This document shows, piece after piece, positions 61,088 through 64,000 of a stretch of 64,000 bases of DNA. Location of the stretch: the NCBI GenBank assembly GCA_943354385.1, contig CALRBR010000003.1:1926-65925 (forward strand). The letters are read 5' to 3'. Below the pieces are notes generated by a model. It was not told where the DNA came from. It made no database searches and saw nothing but the letters and a program-made list of their open reading frames with translations. Origin of the DNA: Candidatus Tayloriibacteriota bacterium (GTDB taxonomy: Bacteria; Patescibacteriota; Minisyncoccia; Phycocordibacterales; PALSA-1337). Position 1 is the first letter of the stretch; every line of letters starts with the position of its first letter. Both the position numbers and the translations under genes were made by a program.

Positions 61088-61837
61088 TTATTTTTGAAAC
61101 ACAAAAAGATGTTCGTGCATTATCAGTAAGAAGTTTGATTCCTTTGATTTTGTGACCCAAAAACCTGTTGCTTTGCAATTAAACTGTCTTTTGATTATGT
61201 CCTCTTTTAAAACAAAACCTACATCTAAAAACTTCTGCATTACCTTAAATGCAAGAGGTTGATACATTTTATTTCTGCGAGTGTCTCCCATTAAAATTGC
61301 ACAGTATTTTCCTTTCTTTAAAACTCGAAACAACTCTTTGGCAACTTTTTCTATTTCATCAACAAAAACGTCTATGTCGTGTATTCCCGAAAGATCTTCC
61401 TTAATCTTACCCTCACTGTATTTTATTATGTCTGCATAGGGAGGATGAGTTAAAACAAAATCAATTTCATTGTCTTTAATAAAGCTCATATCTCTCGCAT
61501 CACATTTCACGATCCGTTGTTTCGCTTTATTATCAACCTCAAATTCAAGAGATTTTTTAGTTCTCTCTAGTGCTTCTTCATTTACATCAATACAAGTAAT
61601 ATGGCGATTTAGTATCTTTGCTTCTATTGCCGTAGTACCTCCACCGATCATGCAATCGAGCAAGTGATCTTTTTCTTTTGAATAACGCAAAATAAGATTG
61701 CGGGCTACTTCGGGCGACCAGTTTCCGCGCCAGTCAGAAGTATGCGTTGCCCAATTACCACGACGAGGAAAAGCCCATACGGTTGTACACTCTAGTTCAA
61801 ATTCATCTGGGTTAAGTTTCATCTCTATTTCAGACAT
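61088..61837 (-). CDS. Amino (N4/N6) DNA methyltransferase
   Basis: LDCMIGGGTT SAM motif, THPPY catalytic motif, HEHLFVF. Confidence 0.85.
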   Translation of the reverse strand: MSEIEMKLNPDEFELECTTVWAFPRRGNWATHTSDWRGNWSPEVARNLILRYSKEKDHLLDCMIGGGTTAIEAKILNRHITCIDVNEEALERTKKSLEFEVDNKAKQRIVKCDARDMSFIKDNEIDFVLTHPPYADIIKYSEGKIKEDLSGIHDIDVFVDEIEKVAKELFRVLKKGKYCAILMGDTRRNKMYQPLAFKVMQKFLDVGFVLKEDIIKRQFNCKATGFWVTKSKESNFLLIMHEHLFVFQK

Positions 61838-62596
61838 TTAGACGATTTTATATTTTTTAGATTTAACTAATTTAATAGAATCGTAACTATTTTTATCTGT
61901 AAACTTATATTGCCAAATTAAATACTCATCAATTCTTTTTTCAAAAAACAATAGGAAAACTTCTTTTTTTGTATGTTCTGTCCATTGTCTGTATGGATAA
62001 TATAATTGCCTAATTATTGTATTTTTTGTAGATGAATTTTTAGCTTCTATTAGAACAATTTTATTTTTTCCTTCATAACCAGCATCAACTTCTGTCTGAA
62101 CCCCCTTCGTTTCAATTGTGGTATTACCAATTTTATAACTAAACTCCGGTGTATATTTTCTCCCTCTGATTGCTAGCACAAGCGAAGGATCGTCCATGAA
62201 TGTTCTAATGAGACTTGAAGCATAGGCAAAATCAAGATGTTGCATCTCAGAATTTCCAATTTTTGCTGTGTCTAAATCAAAATCGAGCTTGGTATTATAA
62301 ATTTCAGCTTCACTTTTAATTTCAGGAATATCAACATATCCCTCGGCTTTTACAAGAACATATTGACCATTTTTTACTGGCAATAAGACTAGCCCATTTT
62401 CTTTCATTATTACTGGAACACTTTCTCTTGTATCCATCTTGCATAAAATCCGAACTTCTTTTTCTGTTGTACTTTTAAAATCTTGAACTGATTTTTTTAT
62501 ATCTTTTGCAGATAAATAAAATGGTGATTTAGAAAAATTATGTTCTAAAATTTTGTTATCCTTAAATATTTTTGTCCAAGAATTATTGTTAGCCTT
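61838..62596 (-). pseudogene. Type II restriction endonuclease-like gene with apparent start-codon loss (AAG at 62594-62596)
   Basis: Frame open 53 codons upstream of the called Met (KANNNSWTKIF...); QTEVDAGYE..LIEAK PD-(D/E)xK, IRQLYYPYR. Confidence 0.65.
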
Positions 62597-62600
62597 AAAT

Positions 62601-63557
62601 TTAATAATTAGTTACCAATACCTCTGTAATTTTTCCTCTTTTAGAAGCGTCGGAGTTAATGGCACGACCCGCTTGTACTTTTGTAATACGGACACCTTTA
62701 ATCTTGGAATAAATTTTGTTAATAAATGCAGTGTCGGAATTTGAAAGCATAACAAAACAACCTCGTTTGTGTAGTTCTACAAATGTATCTCTTAGTTCGG
62801 TTTGCTCTTTATCTAAAAATGCCTCGCTGGTGTATGAAGTAAATGACGCGGTTTTACTTACTGGATAATATGGTGGATCAAAATAAACAAAATCTCCTTT
62901 CTTTGCTTTTTTAAGCACTTCTCTGTAATCCTGTTTTATTATCTCAACATTTTTCAATGCTTTTGATGCTTTTCTAAGATTATTTTCATCACAAATAAGA
63001 GGGTTTGTATATTTACCAAACGGAACATTAAACCCACCTTTGCTGTTCACGCGATACATACCATTGAAACAAGTTCTGTTCAGATAGATAAAACGAGAGG
63101 CAGTATTTAAATCAGAAAGCTTTTCTGGATTTTGTGCCCGTATTTTTAGAAAATATTCCTTGTCTAGTTTATGTTTTTTGAGTGATTTTATTAGACTTTC
63201 AACATCACTTTTAATTACATTGTAAGTGATAACAAGTTCATTGTTCAAATCAGAAAGATAAGCTGTTTCAGGAAGAAGATCAAAGAATACTGCACCTCCG
63301 CCGACAAATGGTTCAAAATATTTTCCGCTTTGTGGATCAAATTTTTCTGGTGGATAAAGATTCATTAAACGAAATTGTGCGAGGAGTTGTCTTTTTCCAC
63401 CAACCCACTTAACAAAAGGTTTTGGTTTTTCTGCAATAATGCGGGAAGCGTCTTCAATGAGTTTTGTTTTATCTGCAAGCGAAAAAACCCTGTAAGCATA
63501 AATCGAATTTATGTTGAAGGTTTCTTTAATTTCTAAAATTGCTTGGTCTTTTGTCAT
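62601..63557 (-). CDS. Dam/D12-class N6-adenine DNA methyltransferase
   Basis: KWVGGK, EPFVGGGAV, LNRTCFNGMYRVN..G.FNVPFG, DPPY. Confidence 0.95.
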   Translation of the reverse strand: MTKDQAILEIKETFNINSIYAYRVFSLADKTKLIEDASRIIAEKPKPFVKWVGGKRQLLAQFRLMNLYPPEKFDPQSGKYFEPFVGGGAVFFDLLPETAYLSDLNNELVITYNVIKSDVESLIKSLKKHKLDKEYFLKIRAQNPEKLSDLNTASRFIYLNRTCFNGMYRVNSKGGFNVPFGKYTNPLICDENNLRKASKALKNVEIIKQDYREVLKKAKKGDFVYFDPPYYPVSKTASFTSYTSEAFLDKEQTELRDTFVELHKRGCFVMLSNSDTAFINKIYSKIKGVRITKVQAGRAINSDASKRGKITEVLVTNY

Positions 63558-63561
63558 ATGT

Positions 63562-63774
63562 CTATTTTAACAATTCATCGCTCGAAACACCAAGGGCTTT
63601 GGCAATATTAGTAATGGTTGAAAGTGTCGGGTTTGTCTTCCCATTTTCAATATTGCTTATAAAACTTCGGCTAACGCCGAGGTTTCGGACAATATCGCCC
63701 TGTGTTATGCCTTTTTCTGTTCGGATACGCTTTAAATTCTTGCCTAATTTCGCAGATTCGCTTTTCATATCCAC
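63562..63774 (-). CDS. XRE-family HTH regulator (C-protein-like)
   Basis: LKRIRTEKGITQ..SFISNIENGKTNPTL; start GTG 63774 or ATG 63768. Confidence 0.9.
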   Translation of the reverse strand: MDMKSESAKLGKNLKRIRTEKGITQGDIVRNLGVSRSFISNIENGKTNPTLSTITNIAKALGVSSDELLK

Positions 63775-63834
63775 AGTATAGCACTAACATTTACATTATA
63801 CACCAATATTATAGTATAATGTAATAGTATGATT

Positions 63835-64000
63835 TCCGCCCCGAATTTCGCCAAAACAAAAAGAGGAGCAAATGGAAAATTCCTCCCCAAACCCCTCCTT
63901 TTCCATTTGCGACATCCGAATTCAAAAACAAATGAGCCGAAGTTTTGGCAAATCCTTTCCCCAAATAATAGTTTTGCCAAAACTTCGTCCGCATTGTTCC
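63835..64000 (-). repeat. Right inverted repeat of the RM cassette (runs off the window)
   Basis: Reverse complement of 58802-58967. Confidence 0.95.

Noticed and set aside
1-64000. CRISPR array, retron/DGR, integrase or transposase
   Set aside because: No regularly spaced repeats, reverse transcriptase, cas or recombinase ORF seen in the window

Overview
Chromosomal segment of about 40% GC by eye. It most likely comes from a Patescibacteria/CPR (Parcubacteria-like) bacterium: genes are short and streamlined, tRNAs lack an encoded CCA, promoters look leaderless, and orphans are many (inference, no search run). The housekeeping backbone includes uvrB/A/C, ddl, murE, zwf-ftsW-murG, gltX, tgt, dnaB, recR, rplU, rmuC, DEAD-box and PIF1 helicases, and three intact tRNAs (Ala-TGC, Leu-TAG, Lys-CTT). 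Accessory content: (1) a candidate defence island after tRNA-Ala (RhuM-Fic; MazG + GIY-YIG/DUF2075 helicase fused to a LexA-type S24 protease + small PD-(D/E)xK-like protein), with the MazG cassette bracketed by palindromic repeats; (2) an XRE + P-type ATPase island next to tRNA-Leu; (3) an XRE + restriction-modification/DUF262 cassette flanked by ≥166-bp inverted repeats. Islands 2 and 3 are bordered by the same non-coding element, which starts with a copy of a tRNA T-arm. Other observations are a decayed tRNA-Ala, a nonsense-mutated peptide deformylase, a restriction gene with an apparent ATG->AAG start loss, several dispersed hairpin families, and orphan genes (two clearly high-GC) behind sigma70 promoters with boxA-like leaders.
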